DNA from: Adineta vaga
Taxonomy: Eukaryota > Animalia > Rotifera
Direction: 5' to 3'
DNA: 64,000 nt
Assembly: GCA_021613535.1 (NCBI GenBank)
Contig: CP075493.1
Location: 11,036,001 to 11,100,000 of the forward strand
The notes beneath the pieces were generated by a model. That model saw only the letters and a program-made list of their open reading frames with translations. It searched no databases and was not told the origin of the DNA. Numbering within the stretch: position 1 is the stretch's first letter; the number at the start of each line of letters is the position of its first letter. The position numbers were made by a program, and so were the translations under genes. Positions 23,913 to 36,089 of the stretch are shown one piece after another.

Positions 23913-26900
23913 ATGATATTATATAGTCTATTATTAAGTGGATGGTTATGGTCAATAACAAGAAGTCAATTTAATTTATATAATACTGAGAAAATCCTTG
24001 ATATTGGCAATTTTCAGACTACTTGTTTTCATTATTATAATTATCATACACTAAGTATTACTGAGAAAACTGAATATTGTCTTAGTCAATCCAATGATGA
24101 TGAGGCATGGGTTGAAACTTTTCCTAACACAACTCATGGGAATTTTACATTTGACCAGTTATATCGAATGAGTGTGACGACAAAGGATCTTTTGCATTGG
24201 TCAGCTTCGATTGATCTTGCTGAACGATATCAAGATTATCTTGATCAAGCAAACTATTCATTTGTATCAAAAGAAATTTTCTTTAATTGTACGAAACCAT
24301 GGTTTGGACCTTATTGTCAATACTCTTTCGGATTAGAAACAACTTATACGTTTCAGGATATTGTACGAAAGACATTTAGAAAAAAATTCTTTTCCAGTTC
24401 ATCAGATATTGCTACTTATCTGTCATGTTATATGCATTTGAAGTGTAATCGCGGAAGTTCACATTTATGTTTGGATTGGCGTGAAATATGCGATGGACGG
24501 ATTGATTGTATCGATGGAGGTGCTGATGAAGAGGATTGTTTTGATTTAGAAATGAATGAATGTGATGAAAATGAATATCGATGTCATAATGGATTATGCA
24601 TATCGAAAGAATTTGTTGAAGATGAATTACCGCAATGTCTTGATGCATCAGATATATCTAATCCAGTTTCTTATCCTGGAAGTGGTGAATATCCAATTAT
24701 ATTTGAATTTGAAGAACGTTTCTGTTCAACCATTGATAAACAATTCAAATGCGGGGATGGACGATGTGTTACAGATTATGGGACGTGTCTGAATAAACGC
24801 CATGTCTATCTATATGAATCAGTCAGTAGACAAGGAAATTTATCCTATACATGTTGGATAGCCATGGTTTGTTTAACGAAAATTCTTAATCAAATCAATG
24901 AAACATCATGTCAACAAATCTTTAGATCGTCTAATATTACTCTTTATTTGCAATCATGTGATGTTATCACTCAATTTCCTATTGTTCCTGTACTTTTCGG
25001 TCACGTACGTTTCCTATATATTTTAAATAGTGTCAATACAGTAAACACTGATCGAGTTCTTGTACCTGATTATATATGTTATGATCAAGATCTGTGTAAT
25101 TTTCCCATATCGATTTCTCCTCATGGATTTTATGCTTGTCAGCCGAGTCGTGAGATGAATCTGAATTTGGAGATCAAACTGAAAACATGGTCTTCTCTCA
25201 TTGGTATCATTGAACCATATTTTCGTAAATGTTCGACTCAACATCATAAGAAAAATGATTCTCACACTTCATCATTGTATTGTTGCAAGAATTCAACAAA
25301 ATGTATTTCATTTCATCGTATTCTTGATGGTATCTCAGATTGTTATCTGAACGATGATGAAGAAGAGTTCGAACGTAGTTGTCTAATCGATGATGTATTA
25401 CGTTTTAAGTGTGGTAATGAGAACAAGTGCTATTCAGTCACTGTGCCACGACAAATCTGTCCGCATCGACATTTAATTAACTTCAAGGATATGAATTTTC
25501 ATCAGATATGTGACCGACATATTCAAATTTCTCCTTTATTAATTGATGGACAAAATCATACGGATGAAACTGAATGTAACCAATGGCCTTGTAACAATAT
25601 TTATACACGATGTGATGGATTTTGGAGTTGTCCCAGGGGAGAAGATGAAGAAAATTGTACGACAAAACAGATCTGTCCATCAAGCTCTTTTGCTTGCGTA
25701 TCTCCCTATAATTATACATTAATATGTTTGTCAGCAAATCGCGTGAATGATGAGCATATTGATTGTCTTGGTGCAGCAGATGAACTCCGTCATTGTCGTA
25801 GTGATCTTTCGAATATTTATTGGTATAATGGATATCGTTGCTGGAATGATAGTAAATGTATCGGACGATCGGATTTATGCGATAGAACTACAGACTGTTT
25901 ATATGGAGATGATGAAACGTTCTGTAGAGATCATCTTGAACCATGCTTTGCTTGTGACTATGTTGAATGTCCTGATGTGAAAGAAGCTATTTGTCGTATC
26001 GGTATATTAGATAGACCGATACTTTCATTAGGTGCTTTCTCAATACATCAACCATTTAGAAATCGAATGACTGAACCTATGTTACAAAGCCATATGAAAT
26101 ATATCACAACTGAACCCTCTGATCGCACATGGCCATGGCGTTGTCATCATGGTCTATATGTTATTCTCTGGTCTAGTAAGCATTCTTCTGAATTTAAATG
26201 TTTTTGTCCATCATTTAGCTATGGTGATTTATGCCAATATCAAAATCAACGAATTAGCTTTACAGCAAAAGTGAATGTTATCAATAGGTATGGCATTTAT
26301 GCACTAATTGTCATGTTAATTAAAGATGATGAGGATCATCAAGAGATAAATTCTTACCATCAATTCGTTTCGATTACTGCACGAGAATGTGAACGACTTT
26401 ATAATACATATCTTACATATTCAACACGTCCGAAGAATAATTCAAAGCGTTATAGCGTTCGTGTTGATGCATTTGACAAAACTCGTCTGATTTATCTTGC
26501 TAGTTGGCATTTCGATATGCGATTTTCATTTTTACCAAATTATCGTATGGCTGTTGTATTAAATATACCAGATCATAAACCATCCAGTTTTACTCGTTGC
26601 CCTCTAAAATGTCAGAACGGTGAATGTATGAAATATATCAACAAAGAAACGATCTTCTGTCGATGTCATCCAGGCTGGTCTGGTGTTCGATGTAATATAC
26701 CTGTTCGTTGTAGTGATTGTTCATTGAATTCACTATGTATCGGTAGGATTTATAATCGATCTATATGTGTTTGTCCCACACATAAAGGTGGCCCACGATG
26801 TTTACTTACATTATCATGTTCAGAAAATTATTGCGAAAACAATAGTACATGTTTAGTGCATAGTGATGGCATGAATGAAATGGGCTTCGTTTGTATCTGT

Positions 26901-28511
26901 CCAGAAAAATTTATGGGCTCATCCTGTCATATTGATCGACCAAAACTTGAAATCTCTCTTCATCGTATACAAGTTTTCTCGTCATACTTATTTATTTATC
27001 TCTATACAAATGCTAAGAATCCTTCAAAATTTGAACAAATTGAACTAACGATAATACCACAAAAGTTGAAAACATTTCAGCGTACTGTATCAATATATAC
27101 CAAAGGATCTATCAGTATGGTTTTTGTCAAGATTGATAATAGTTATTATATGACTTTACCTGAACGATCTAATGAAACGTATGTTTCTACTTTGGTCGAT
27201 CCTATTCAACGATGTGCACCAAGTAGTGAAGTTTTGAAGCTGCCATTTATTGGTTTACCGAAAATTCGACGTATAAAATACTATCATGTCATATGTCAAA
27301 CTCATCATCATCTGACATGTTTTTTTGATGAATCTTATATGTGTTTATGTACACGTGAACATCATGCTAACTGCTTTACATTCAATCAAACATCGTCAGT
27401 TTGTCGGCATATAACTCATTGTCAAAATGGTGCACAGTGTTTAAATGATGGTTCACCTTGTCCTATTGCAACATGGTGTAATTGTACGGACTGTTATTTC
27501 GGTGATCGATGTCAGTTCTATGCAAAAGGTATTGGATTAACGTTGGATGATATTTTACGGTATGATATTCGACCGAATAGAACGATATCTGAGCAAACAA
27601 TTTTGATTAAATTGTGTGCAGCATTTACGATAATCATGCTTGTAGCAGGTTTTATCAACAGTGCCTTGTCCATAGTGACATTTTCTGGTCGGAAATCAAG
27701 GGAAGTTGGTTCAGGAATATATCTTCTGACATCATCTATCGTATCTCTTCTTACAGTGAGTATTTTTACAGTAAAATTTTGGTTTCTTATTTTAACACAA
27801 ATGAATTCATTGACCAATGACTTTATTCTACGTCGTGGTTGTCAATCATTGGAATTTATGTTAAAAGTTTGTTTGTATACGAATAATTGGCTTGGTGCTT
27901 GTGTCACTCTCGAACGATCTATCACTGTACAAGTAGGAGTTCATTTTAACAAACGTTCTAGTAAACGTATTGCACAATGGATCATTCTCTTCCTACCATT
28001 GTTAGTTATAATTTCTATTATTCATGAATCTATTTATCGTGATCTATTCGAAGATAAAGATGAACAACGTTTTTGGTGCGTCATTCCTTATACTTTTTCA
28101 ATTCATACATATAATACAATTATTTCTCTTTTTCATTTTCTTGGTCCATTCTTTGCCAATTTTTATTCTGCTACGTTTATTACGTTTCGCGGTACTCGTC
28201 AACGAGCCCAAGTACAACCACATTTAACACAACGTCAACATCAATGGCAACAATTCAACGATAATAAACATCTTCTTATCAGTTCAATAATCTTAGTTAT
28301 TTTGTCAATACCTCGGCTGATCATTTCATCGCTATCAGGTTGTGTCAAAGCATCTTATCAATCACAAATTTACGCTGCTGGTTACTTTATATCATTCGTT
28401 CCATCAGTATCCATTTTTATCGTATTTGTTCTCCCATCGAATTTCTATCGGAATCAATTCAAAACTTCGATAAAATCTTGGCGACAGTCTATTTTACGAC
28501 GTTTATATTAA
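23913..28511 (+). CDS. Giant intronless LDLa/EGF 7TM receptor, paralogue of 2384-6976
   Basis: Signal peptide from ATG 23913 (MILYSLLLSGWLW); same domain order (CLDWREICDGRIDC, WPCNNIYTRCDGFW, GLTLDDIL.Y.I, CVTLERS, FVLPS). Confidence 0.9.
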   Translation: MILYSLLLSGWLWSITRSQFNLYNTEKILDIGNFQTTCFHYYNYHTLSITEKTEYCLSQSNDDEAWVETFPNTTHGNFTFDQLYRMSVTTKDLLHWSASIDLAERYQDYLDQANYSFVSKEIFFNCTKPWFGPYCQYSFGLETTYTFQDIVRKTFRKKFFSSSSDIATYLSCYMHLKCNRGSSHLCLDWREICDGRIDCIDGGADEEDCFDLEMNECDENEYRCHNGLCISKEFVEDELPQCLDASDISNPVSYPGSGEYPIIFEFEERFCSTIDKQFKCGDGRCVTDYGTCLNKRHVYLYESVSRQGNLSYTCWIAMVCLTKILNQINETSCQQIFRSSNITLYLQSCDVITQFPIVPVLFGHVRFLYILNSVNTVNTDRVLVPDYICYDQDLCNFPISISPHGFYACQPSREMNLNLEIKLKTWSSLIGIIEPYFRKCSTQHHKKNDSHTSSLYCCKNSTKCISFHRILDGISDCYLNDDEEEFERSCLIDDVLRFKCGNENKCYSVTVPRQICPHRHLINFKDMNFHQICDRHIQISPLLIDGQNHTDETECNQWPCNNIYTRCDGFWSCPRGEDEENCTTKQICPSSSFACVSPYNYTLICLSANRVNDEHIDCLGAADELRHCRSDLSNIYWYNGYRCWNDSKCIGRSDLCDRTTDCLYGDDETFCRDHLEPCFACDYVECPDVKEAICRIGILDRPILSLGAFSIHQPFRNRMTEPMLQSHMKYITTEPSDRTWPWRCHHGLYVILWSSKHSSEFKCFCPSFSYGDLCQYQNQRISFTAKVNVINRYGIYALIVMLIKDDEDHQEINSYHQFVSITARECERLYNTYLTYSTRPKNNSKRYSVRVDAFDKTRLIYLASWHFDMRFSFLPNYRMAVVLNIPDHKPSSFTRCPLKCQNGECMKYINKETIFCRCHPGWSGVRCNIPVRCSDCSLNSLCIGRIYNRSICVCPTHKGGPRCLLTLSCSENYCENNSTCLVHSDGMNEMGFVCICPEKFMGSSCHIDRPKLEISLHRIQVFSSYLFIYLYTNAKNPSKFEQIELTIIPQKLKTFQRTVSIYTKGSISMVFVKIDNSYYMTLPERSNETYVSTLVDPIQRCAPSSEVLKLPFIGLPKIRRIKYYHVICQTHHHLTCFFDESYMCLCTREHHANCFTFNQTSSVCRHITHCQNGAQCLNDGSPCPIATWCNCTDCYFGDRCQFYAKGIGLTLDDILRYDIRPNRTISEQTILIKLCAAFTIIMLVAGFINSALSIVTFSGRKSREVGSGIYLLTSSIVSLLTVSIFTVKFWFLILTQMNSLTNDFILRRGCQSLEFMLKVCLYTNNWLGACVTLERSITVQVGVHFNKRSSKRIAQWIILFLPLLVIISIIHESIYRDLFEDKDEQRFWCVIPYTFSIHTYNTIISLFHFLGPFFANFYSATFITFRGTRQRAQVQPHLTQRQHQWQQFNDNKHLLISSIILVILSIPRLIISSLSGCVKASYQSQIYAAGYFISFVPSVSIFIVFVLPSNFYRNQFKTSIKSWRQSILRRLY

Positions 28512-29723
28512 CATTAAGTATCCATTTGTCATGAAGACAAGCGTATATCATGTATAGCGTTCTTGTCTAGAGGAAAAAGAAACATATTTGCTCTCATTTA
28601 TTAACAAATATAAATTTTCGATCAATATACATAGATGTTCTTCATTGTATTTAAAAGAAATCTGTTGATACTGTGCTCAAATATTTTACAATTTCTCGTT
28701 TTCAATTTTTTACATTTCAATATACATATGACGTAGATAAAAGAGTTTGCTTAATATCAGATATACATTGATTTCCTTTTACGTCATATTAATTAACGTT
28801 AGCAGTTTGGCACCGCCATACACAGCAGATGGCATACTAAACGGTTTTGTTATTGTCAGTTTTCACAGGAACTTATATAAACTTTCCATTTTATAAGCAC
28901 AAAAAATCTGTTCGAGATAAAACAATTTTTCTAATCTATGGTAATTTTACATTCGCCCTATACCTTTGAGTTTAGATCCAATAATCGAATTATAATGTGT
29001 TGTTGCTTCATCGTGTATACACCATACAACCACCCGAAATAAATTCCAGACGACCTAAATCAAGAGGAAATATGAATCTAGACATAGATATGTTTTTCAT
29101 TCTTTGGACTGAAAAAGAAACCTTCATTGACAAGTTCTTTGACTGTATTGTGCATGTCACCTGTTTATTGATTCCACCAACGCCAGAAAGAAACCATTTC
29201 TACATAGATATATCGATGATCAAGATTATCTACTAATGCCTGAATAACTGAATCGATAATATACTATACATCTACATTACGAATATCACTACGTGCTACA
29301 AAAATTTAATTTAGAAAGTATTCTGAATAAAGCAGAAATTAACTGACAGCCATAATAATATTGGTCGACTGTTTTCAACCAACCAACATCGTCATGTGTA
29401 TGACCAACGAGATGAACATTCAATTTATCTGGTTTGCCTAAATTACATGACTAAAATACGATCATATATTTATATGGTTGCTGCTTTCATACAGATCAAT
29501 ATGTTCTCTTACATCATAACCACAGCTCGTTTTTGATTTGAATGGAGCTGCAAAACTTGATGTTGAAATGAAAAATAAAATTTCAAGATAATAATCTCCT
29601 ATGATAATACCCGCACCCTCGTGGTACTCTAGATAGGTAAGCAGTATAGTGATAATAAATTCATTTATCCAAGATAGGTTCTTTTATTTGCAAATGGGTC
29701 ACACAATATATATTAATTAAAAT

Positions 29724-32393
29724 TTATAAAGAGTTTTCTGTCGTGTTCGTAGCAGTCTCGACTGAATACTTCATTTCATTGATGTTTACTATATTTGAAT
29801 GATTATTTCGACGTGATCTTTGTGTTACAATATCCTTAATAATAAATCGTTTTTGCCATAAAAATAATATTGTTGATAGAATACTAATGACTGCAAAAGT
29901 AAGAAATAAACCACTCATCTGTATAAGACCAATACTCGTCGATTCATCAATTGAAGATAAACTCTGACAGATACTTTTCTGAAACCATTTTCTTTTTAAA
30001 TCATCAAGAACACCAGTTTCTCGAAGTGCTAATATAGCTATATCTAAATCCTGTGCATATAACCAATGTTTTGGATAAACGATCGCAAATGCACTTGCAG
30101 CAAAATCCGATCCAACAAGAGTTAAATTACAATACATATTACTGGTTGAATATTCCAGAGTACCAATATCAAACATAGATGCATCAATTTGATTATTTAA
30201 TAAACTCTGATATATATCATCGAGTGTTTTTAATGGATAATAATTTCGTATACCATCAGAAATTTCACGTAAATAATATTCTTCGGCTGATGAATCAACA
30301 AGAACACCGAAACGACTATATGCTATTTTACCATTTCTAATATCATCAATACTTGAAATGATATCCTTCGATTTTGCTAATGTTAAATCAGATGCTAAAT
30401 TTGCAGTATAAGTTGCAACTAATACAATACTTAAGACATATAAACCAGCAGTTAATAATCGTCCCGCAGCTGTTTGAACATCAAAATCTACACCATATCC
30501 CATCAGTTGACCAAAAGCAAACCATGCACTTAAAGCACCAGATGATATGATTGATCGATTATGAAATTCTTCGTTATCTTGACGTTCTAATAGACAAAAT
30601 AGAATACCAGAATAAACTACACAAGCTAAAAGTGCCAACCACAAACTGAGAGAAAATGGTTTTAAATAAGAAAAAAGATTTAGATTAACAGATGTCGATT
30701 GTCGAATAATAATTCGCATAGAATTATCAAAAATTGAACTTGAAAAGTCCACTATTTCTCTTCGTTTAGCAGTAACAGTAATATCACCAATGGCAATATC
30801 ACATATTTTATTCGCTACTGCTAGTATTAAGCCACCATAAGTTTGATTTTTTGATGGATATGTAATAATAGGAGTGAATTTTGTATCTGCTTGTAAAAGA
30901 TCTAGAAGATCAGGTATATAACCAATGAGTTTTGTTTGATTATTTTCAATGATATCTGTTCGCATTGTAAATGGCATGGATTCAATCGTACAAATACGTA
31001 ACTTTACACCTTCGAGACCAGCAACACCAGTTGGAGGTGTTAAAACATTTCCAGGCCAGATGATAACATCAGCTTGTGTATATGTTCTCCAATTGTCTGA
31101 ACGAGACCATTGTAATACTGGTACTAATTCAATAGTATTTGTCGAAGGTTGAATATTTCTAACAACATAGTAAATACCATCTATTCTATCTGTTGTAGTA
31201 TTAGTCAATTTAACTGGACCAGATACACCAAGAAAATCTGTTGTACTGATCATATTAAAAAGTTGGGTACCATAGAGAAAACGTCGATCAAAACAGTATG
31301 AATTATTCACAATGGATATACATGGAAATCGACGAGTAGTATTTGTTGAACAAAGTTCATTTAGTGATTTGATTAATGTCCATGTTGCATCGAATGAAAA
31401 TAATGCATAGTAATTAACATTTGCTGATCCAGGAAATGTTTCTGGCTCATACTGTTGCCAAATGCGATAAGCTTCATTTAATAATGTTGCATTGTATGGT
31501 GCGCTAACAACACTACCAATCACAGGTTCTAAAGTCAACATGCCAATTAATTTTGAATACAGTGTTTGATTATAAGGATCTAATGCAATTGTCGAACTTA
31601 ATATCCATGTAAAACGTGGACCAAGAACATCTGTATCAAGTGCAGTTTGTATAATTAACGATGTATGATATTCATCAGCCCATACGATAATAATTCGTGT
31701 TGATGTTGCCGATAAAATCTCTTTTAAATCACCTCGAATACGTTGTGTTGCAATATCGAATACTACCAATTGACTAACCAATAGACTATTATCATTAAAT
31801 GCATCACTGATGACTTCTGCACCTCCTGAACCAAATTCATCATTTTGATAAATAATGACACAAGATGTCCAATTATATCTTGTAAATAATTTGACAATTG
31901 CTGATGTAACACTAGCATCGACGGTACGATAGAAAGATGGATAAGCATTTCGATCTGATAAAGCAGGATTTGTTGCAGAATAGGATATTACAGGAATATT
32001 AACTGATTCAGCAAAAGCAGCAATAATACTTGTTTCTCGCGAATAAGCTGGTCCAACAATACCAACAATATTTGAATTAGCAACTGCATGACATGTAGTT
32101 CTCATAGCTCCTATGGAATTCCCACCGGTTTGTGCCAGACTCCATCCAATATATTCTCCATCAATTTTTAAATTATATTGCTCTGCTAGAATCAAGGCAG
32201 CTAGAAACATAGCACGAGGATGAACAGAGAATTCTGTAGGTTCAGTTGTATTTTCAGCATCTGGAAAAAGACCTAACAATTGAGTATTTGAATTGTATGA
32301 CAATGGCCAAGATGCTTTAGTCAATTGTATGACAAGTGTTCCAATTATAAACAATACTATCCATCGATAGAACGGCCATAATTTCCAGATCAT
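29724..32393 (-). CDS. Ionotropic glutamate receptor (ATD plus LBD, AvGluR1/plant-GLR-like) with GYG pore motif
   Basis: Signal peptide; ANF-receptor ATD (IVGPAYS, IPVISYSATNPALS); S1 GDITVTAKRREIVDFS; pore AWFAFGQLMGYG; M3 ATYTANLAS; LKRKWF; M4 MSGLFL. Confidence 0.93.
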   Translation of the reverse strand: MIWKLWPFYRWIVLFIIGTLVIQLTKASWPLSYNSNTQLLGLFPDAENTTEPTEFSVHPRAMFLAALILAEQYNLKIDGEYIGWSLAQTGGNSIGAMRTTCHAVANSNIVGIVGPAYSRETSIIAAFAESVNIPVISYSATNPALSDRNAYPSFYRTVDASVTSAIVKLFTRYNWTSCVIIYQNDEFGSGGAEVISDAFNDNSLLVSQLVVFDIATQRIRGDLKEILSATSTRIIIVWADEYHTSLIIQTALDTDVLGPRFTWILSSTIALDPYNQTLYSKLIGMLTLEPVIGSVVSAPYNATLLNEAYRIWQQYEPETFPGSANVNYYALFSFDATWTLIKSLNELCSTNTTRRFPCISIVNNSYCFDRRFLYGTQLFNMISTTDFLGVSGPVKLTNTTTDRIDGIYYVVRNIQPSTNTIELVPVLQWSRSDNWRTYTQADVIIWPGNVLTPPTGVAGLEGVKLRICTIESMPFTMRTDIIENNQTKLIGYIPDLLDLLQADTKFTPIITYPSKNQTYGGLILAVANKICDIAIGDITVTAKRREIVDFSSSIFDNSMRIIIRQSTSVNLNLFSYLKPFSLSLWLALLACVVYSGILFCLLERQDNEEFHNRSIISSGALSAWFAFGQLMGYGVDFDVQTAAGRLLTAGLYVLSIVLVATYTANLASDLTLAKSKDIISSIDDIRNGKIAYSRFGVLVDSSAEEYYLREISDGIRNYYPLKTLDDIYQSLLNNQIDASMFDIGTLEYSTSNMYCNLTLVGSDFAASAFAIVYPKHWLYAQDLDIAILALRETGVLDDLKRKWFQKSICQSLSSIDESTSIGLIQMSGLFLTFAVISILSTILFLWQKRFIIKDIVTQRSRRNNHSNIVNINEMKYSVETATNTTENSL

Positions 32394-33365
32394 CTTATGA
32401 TCTGATACAATATGAATTGTCGGCTATATATCTTCTTCGTGATAAATGGAAAAGTAACATCGCAATTGTTTTAAATGTAGATATTTTCAATTAATAACAC
32501 GTAAGATTTCTATTTTGATGAATTTTAAATGCATTGCTAATCTTTCTATTTAATATATATTCTGTCGTTTGTGTTATTCACATGGTTTTCTGATGAAAAG
32601 AATCACAATAGAAAGTGAATTTGTTATAAATAAGAAAAGGAAAAGTATGCATTTGATATATTTCTCCTGCACTCACTCATCTTTATCTGATATTAATTAC
32701 AAACTTACATCGAGAGAAAACTTGTCATGGTCTGTCGTCTTGATAACTCGTGAGTCAAGGAAATCCCTAATCAAACGTATATAATCGAGATTAGTGTTGT
32801 ATACATGTGATTGAGATTTCTCAGTCATGTATAATGTAATCTTGTTTTTTGTTGTATATATTGTCAATTTGATAGAACCAAATATTCTATTTTAGTTTTT
32901 CAAAGAAACTAAAGTTATGTCCTTTTTTCAAAATATATTGATTGGGAAATATCATGTGTTCCTGATATCACCCACTTCTATTCACATTCACATCAACATA
33001 ATTATACAGTTCGTCAATACCACCATATTTATATACATTATTTATGATTGATTTCAAAATAAAGTACATTCTATATACATGCTTTATCCCCTGCTGTCTA
33101 TGATTTATTTTTTGCCATTCTATAACCTTTCTTCTGTAAGTAATAAAATATTCCTCATTGATCATTTTTTTATGAATCACGATTGAATAGAATAATGAAT
33201 GTCATCAACTACTTTTTTTTTCTTTCATCTACAATCTGCCTGTCAAACTCGTTCTATAAAAGGCACACACATATCGATAGATGAGATCTTATTATATATA
33301 CATATCAACTAAATTTACAAAATATTTAAATAATTCCTATTATCAATTAGATTCATATCTTCTGT

Positions 33366-34880
33366 ATGTCATTGTTTGTTTATACTATTCTTTATACTTG
33401 TGTGCGGCTCACTTTTGCATCGATTACTATTCGAGATCCAGGTGATTATGTTAATCTCGCCAATGATGCAATGGATAATGCAATAAAAGCAGATTATAAT
33501 GTACAACCAATTATGTACTTAAAATCATCATTGAAAGCAACACGTCTATTCACGGGTAATGACTCGTTTTTATCGATTAGTTATGAAACAATTTCAGCAA
33601 CTGCAAATGATACAAGTGCTATCGTAGTTGGCAATGGTGCTCAGCTAAATATGTCATTTGTTAATATTTATAAAGAAGGTTATTATTCAGATCTTCTTCA
33701 AGCTAGTTTCTTTGGAGTTAATGCAGCCATCAATGTTCAAAATGGATCTCGTTCATATTTTGATCATTTAAATATAACAACACATAATGGAGCAGCAAAT
33801 ATTTATTCATATGGAAATGGTTCTCATGCTCACATAGAAAACTCTGTCCTATACAGTTCTGGACCTGCCGCTCATGGACTTTACGCTGGTGGATATGGAA
33901 CCATCGTCGGAAATAATATTGCTCATTATTCAGGAGGAAACCGTTGTTCTGCATTTTCTGGTGATAGTCCAGCTGGTTATATTATTATTTCAAATTCAAT
34001 TTCACGTACCAGTGGTATTGGAAGTGCCATATTCTATGCTCTTGGAACAATAACTGCTACGAATGTTATTGGCCATGCTGAAAGAGCACCAGCACTTTTC
34101 TCTGATGGTCCACAGATATCGACATTCAAAAATTGTGATTTAACAGCTGGACTTCTCGGTGGTACGGTAATGTTTAGTTCAATGATTCGACAAAGTGGTG
34201 CTATGCTTAATATAATCGATTCGAAATTGACTACACTCGATAGTACAATGCCAGCTTTATGGTTTGGTAATTTGATAGCAACTGTCTATCTCTATAATAC
34301 GGTAATTAAAACTATGTCAGGCATTCTTGTTACAGCCAATTATTCACAAGTGACACAAGAATTTAATTACTATGCAGGCTATTCCGACAATTCAAATCTC
34401 TTACCTGCTATTGTCACCGTGACTGTTGTTGAATGTAATCTGAATGGTAGTCTTATTGCTTACAATGGAAGTAGTATCAGTTGGATTCTCACTCAATATT
34501 CGAATTGGAGTGGTAATGCATACTCAGGTTATGGACAATCATTTGTTAGTGTATCACTTGATTCAACTTCAACATGGACACTTACGGGTAATACAGCTCT
34601 GCAAAATATATCATCGACTAATTGGAATTTAACAAATATCAACAGTAATGGATACAATATCACTTATGATTCAAATTCTACTGCAAACAGTTGGTTGAAT
34701 GGATCTATCATGTCTCTCATTGGTGGTGGTAAACTTATGCCTTTTTCAGATCTTCAACAGCCGCAGAAGCAACAAGACTCATCGACAGCATCCTCCTGTG
34801 TTGTTTTCTCTAAAAATTCTCTACTTCTCTCATTTCTAATAGGTATATTAACTACCTTGAAGACATGTGTATGTGCTTGA
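33366..34880 (+). CDS. Intronless secreted, probably GPI-anchored beta-helix-type protein of microbial (fungal/bacterial) type
   Basis: Signal peptide; Gly/Ser/Asn-rich repeats (SSGPAAHGLYA, TSGIGSAIFY, VSLDSTSTWTLTGN) resembling autotransporter/pectin-lyase beta-helices; C-terminal small-residue omega site plus hydrophobic tail. Confidence 0.7.
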   Translation: MSLFVYTILYTCVRLTFASITIRDPGDYVNLANDAMDNAIKADYNVQPIMYLKSSLKATRLFTGNDSFLSISYETISATANDTSAIVVGNGAQLNMSFVNIYKEGYYSDLLQASFFGVNAAINVQNGSRSYFDHLNITTHNGAANIYSYGNGSHAHIENSVLYSSGPAAHGLYAGGYGTIVGNNIAHYSGGNRCSAFSGDSPAGYIIISNSISRTSGIGSAIFYALGTITATNVIGHAERAPALFSDGPQISTFKNCDLTAGLLGGTVMFSSMIRQSGAMLNIIDSKLTTLDSTMPALWFGNLIATVYLYNTVIKTMSGILVTANYSQVTQEFNYYAGYSDNSNLLPAIVTVTVVECNLNGSLIAYNGSSISWILTQYSNWSGNAYSGYGQSFVSVSLDSTSTWTLTGNTALQNISSTNWNLTNINSNGYNITYDSNSTANSWLNGSIMSLIGGGKLMPFSDLQQPQKQQDSSTASSCVVFSKNSLLLSFLIGILTTLKTCVCA

Positions 34881-36089
34881 TAGCATCCGTTTTAATTATC
34901 AATCATCATACTTGAATAATTACGAACACATTTCACAGTTTATTTTAAGAGTGTGAGCGATTTTTACGAAATGAGAACTAATCATTTGATTGTTCATTTT
35001 TCAATTTATAGTCTTTGATGTTGATCAAACTTATACAAATAAACGTTTCCATCGTATAATTTCATCGTTTATCTTCATTTACCGTTTTACTATCAAAAAT
35101 ACTTTTTCTACACTACACTACCAAGTTCTCTTAGTCATTACCTTATATCTCTTTTTTATAAAATCCCAGAAATAAATTTTCCAATTGAAGAATCGATTAA
35201 TATTAAAGGTACACACACAGCTGGCGAAATGATCTATGAACCTTTCAGACAAGTAGTAAAACAATACGATCAAAATGCAGATAATCATGTTATATTGAAT
35301 ATTGCGAACACGTTTGATAACGAATATGATAGGTAATCGTCGACCTGATTGAGGCATTCTTTACAGTAATATTAGTCTCGTACATATCGGTTTTCTTGAT
35401 AAATATAAATCACTTCCTGCAAATTATCATAACTTTCAGATTGTTCTAAATAATATCGAAAGTATCGGAAAGTAACCTCGATAATTCTGGTACACATCAG
35501 CTCCTTCGTTATATAGTACAAAGTACTATTTTTCTTTCTGTTTTCTCGTTTGTCTTTATTCTATGTAAGAAATACATTTGAAAATCAATGATGTCCTTCA
35601 AAACGATTTTACTTTTAATTCTTTAGACATGACCAAAAATGTCATTTAAAAATTGAGACAAAATTGGATTTCAATCGAATATATACATCCTATCTTTCCA
35701 ACATTCACTTTCAAGAAAGTGCCCATGAACCATAATAGTACCGATATTCAACGATATAATTTAATGGCCATTTTGTCTGATTTCAAAGCATCCCATAGAT
35801 TCTCTTTTATGAGAAAAGGTTCTGTCGAATCCTGTGGAGAAAAATTGAAATTGCTTACAAAAGATTTCTTTAAACTGAGGCTGTTATCACGATAGGAAAT
35901 CTTGCTTAATGGATAGACAATTAAATGCATGATTAGCCAAACAATTGAAAACTGCATTTATCGAATATGAATGCTACTTCCGAATTCATGATAAACTGCT
36001 ATTCAATTTTAATGGAGAAGAAATTATAAATAATCAACCTAACTATTAAACAAAATGGTATATAAATAGTTGAATTTTTTGCTATAATA

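Noticed and set aside
2384-28511. The two LDLa-EGF GPCRs as arms of a second palindrome
   Set aside because: They are opposite in orientation but deeply diverged and share no flanking genes; more simply two members of a large family.
28800-28845. GC-richer patch that might be a tRNA or other ncRNA
   Set aside because: No cloverleaf or A/B boxes could be formed.
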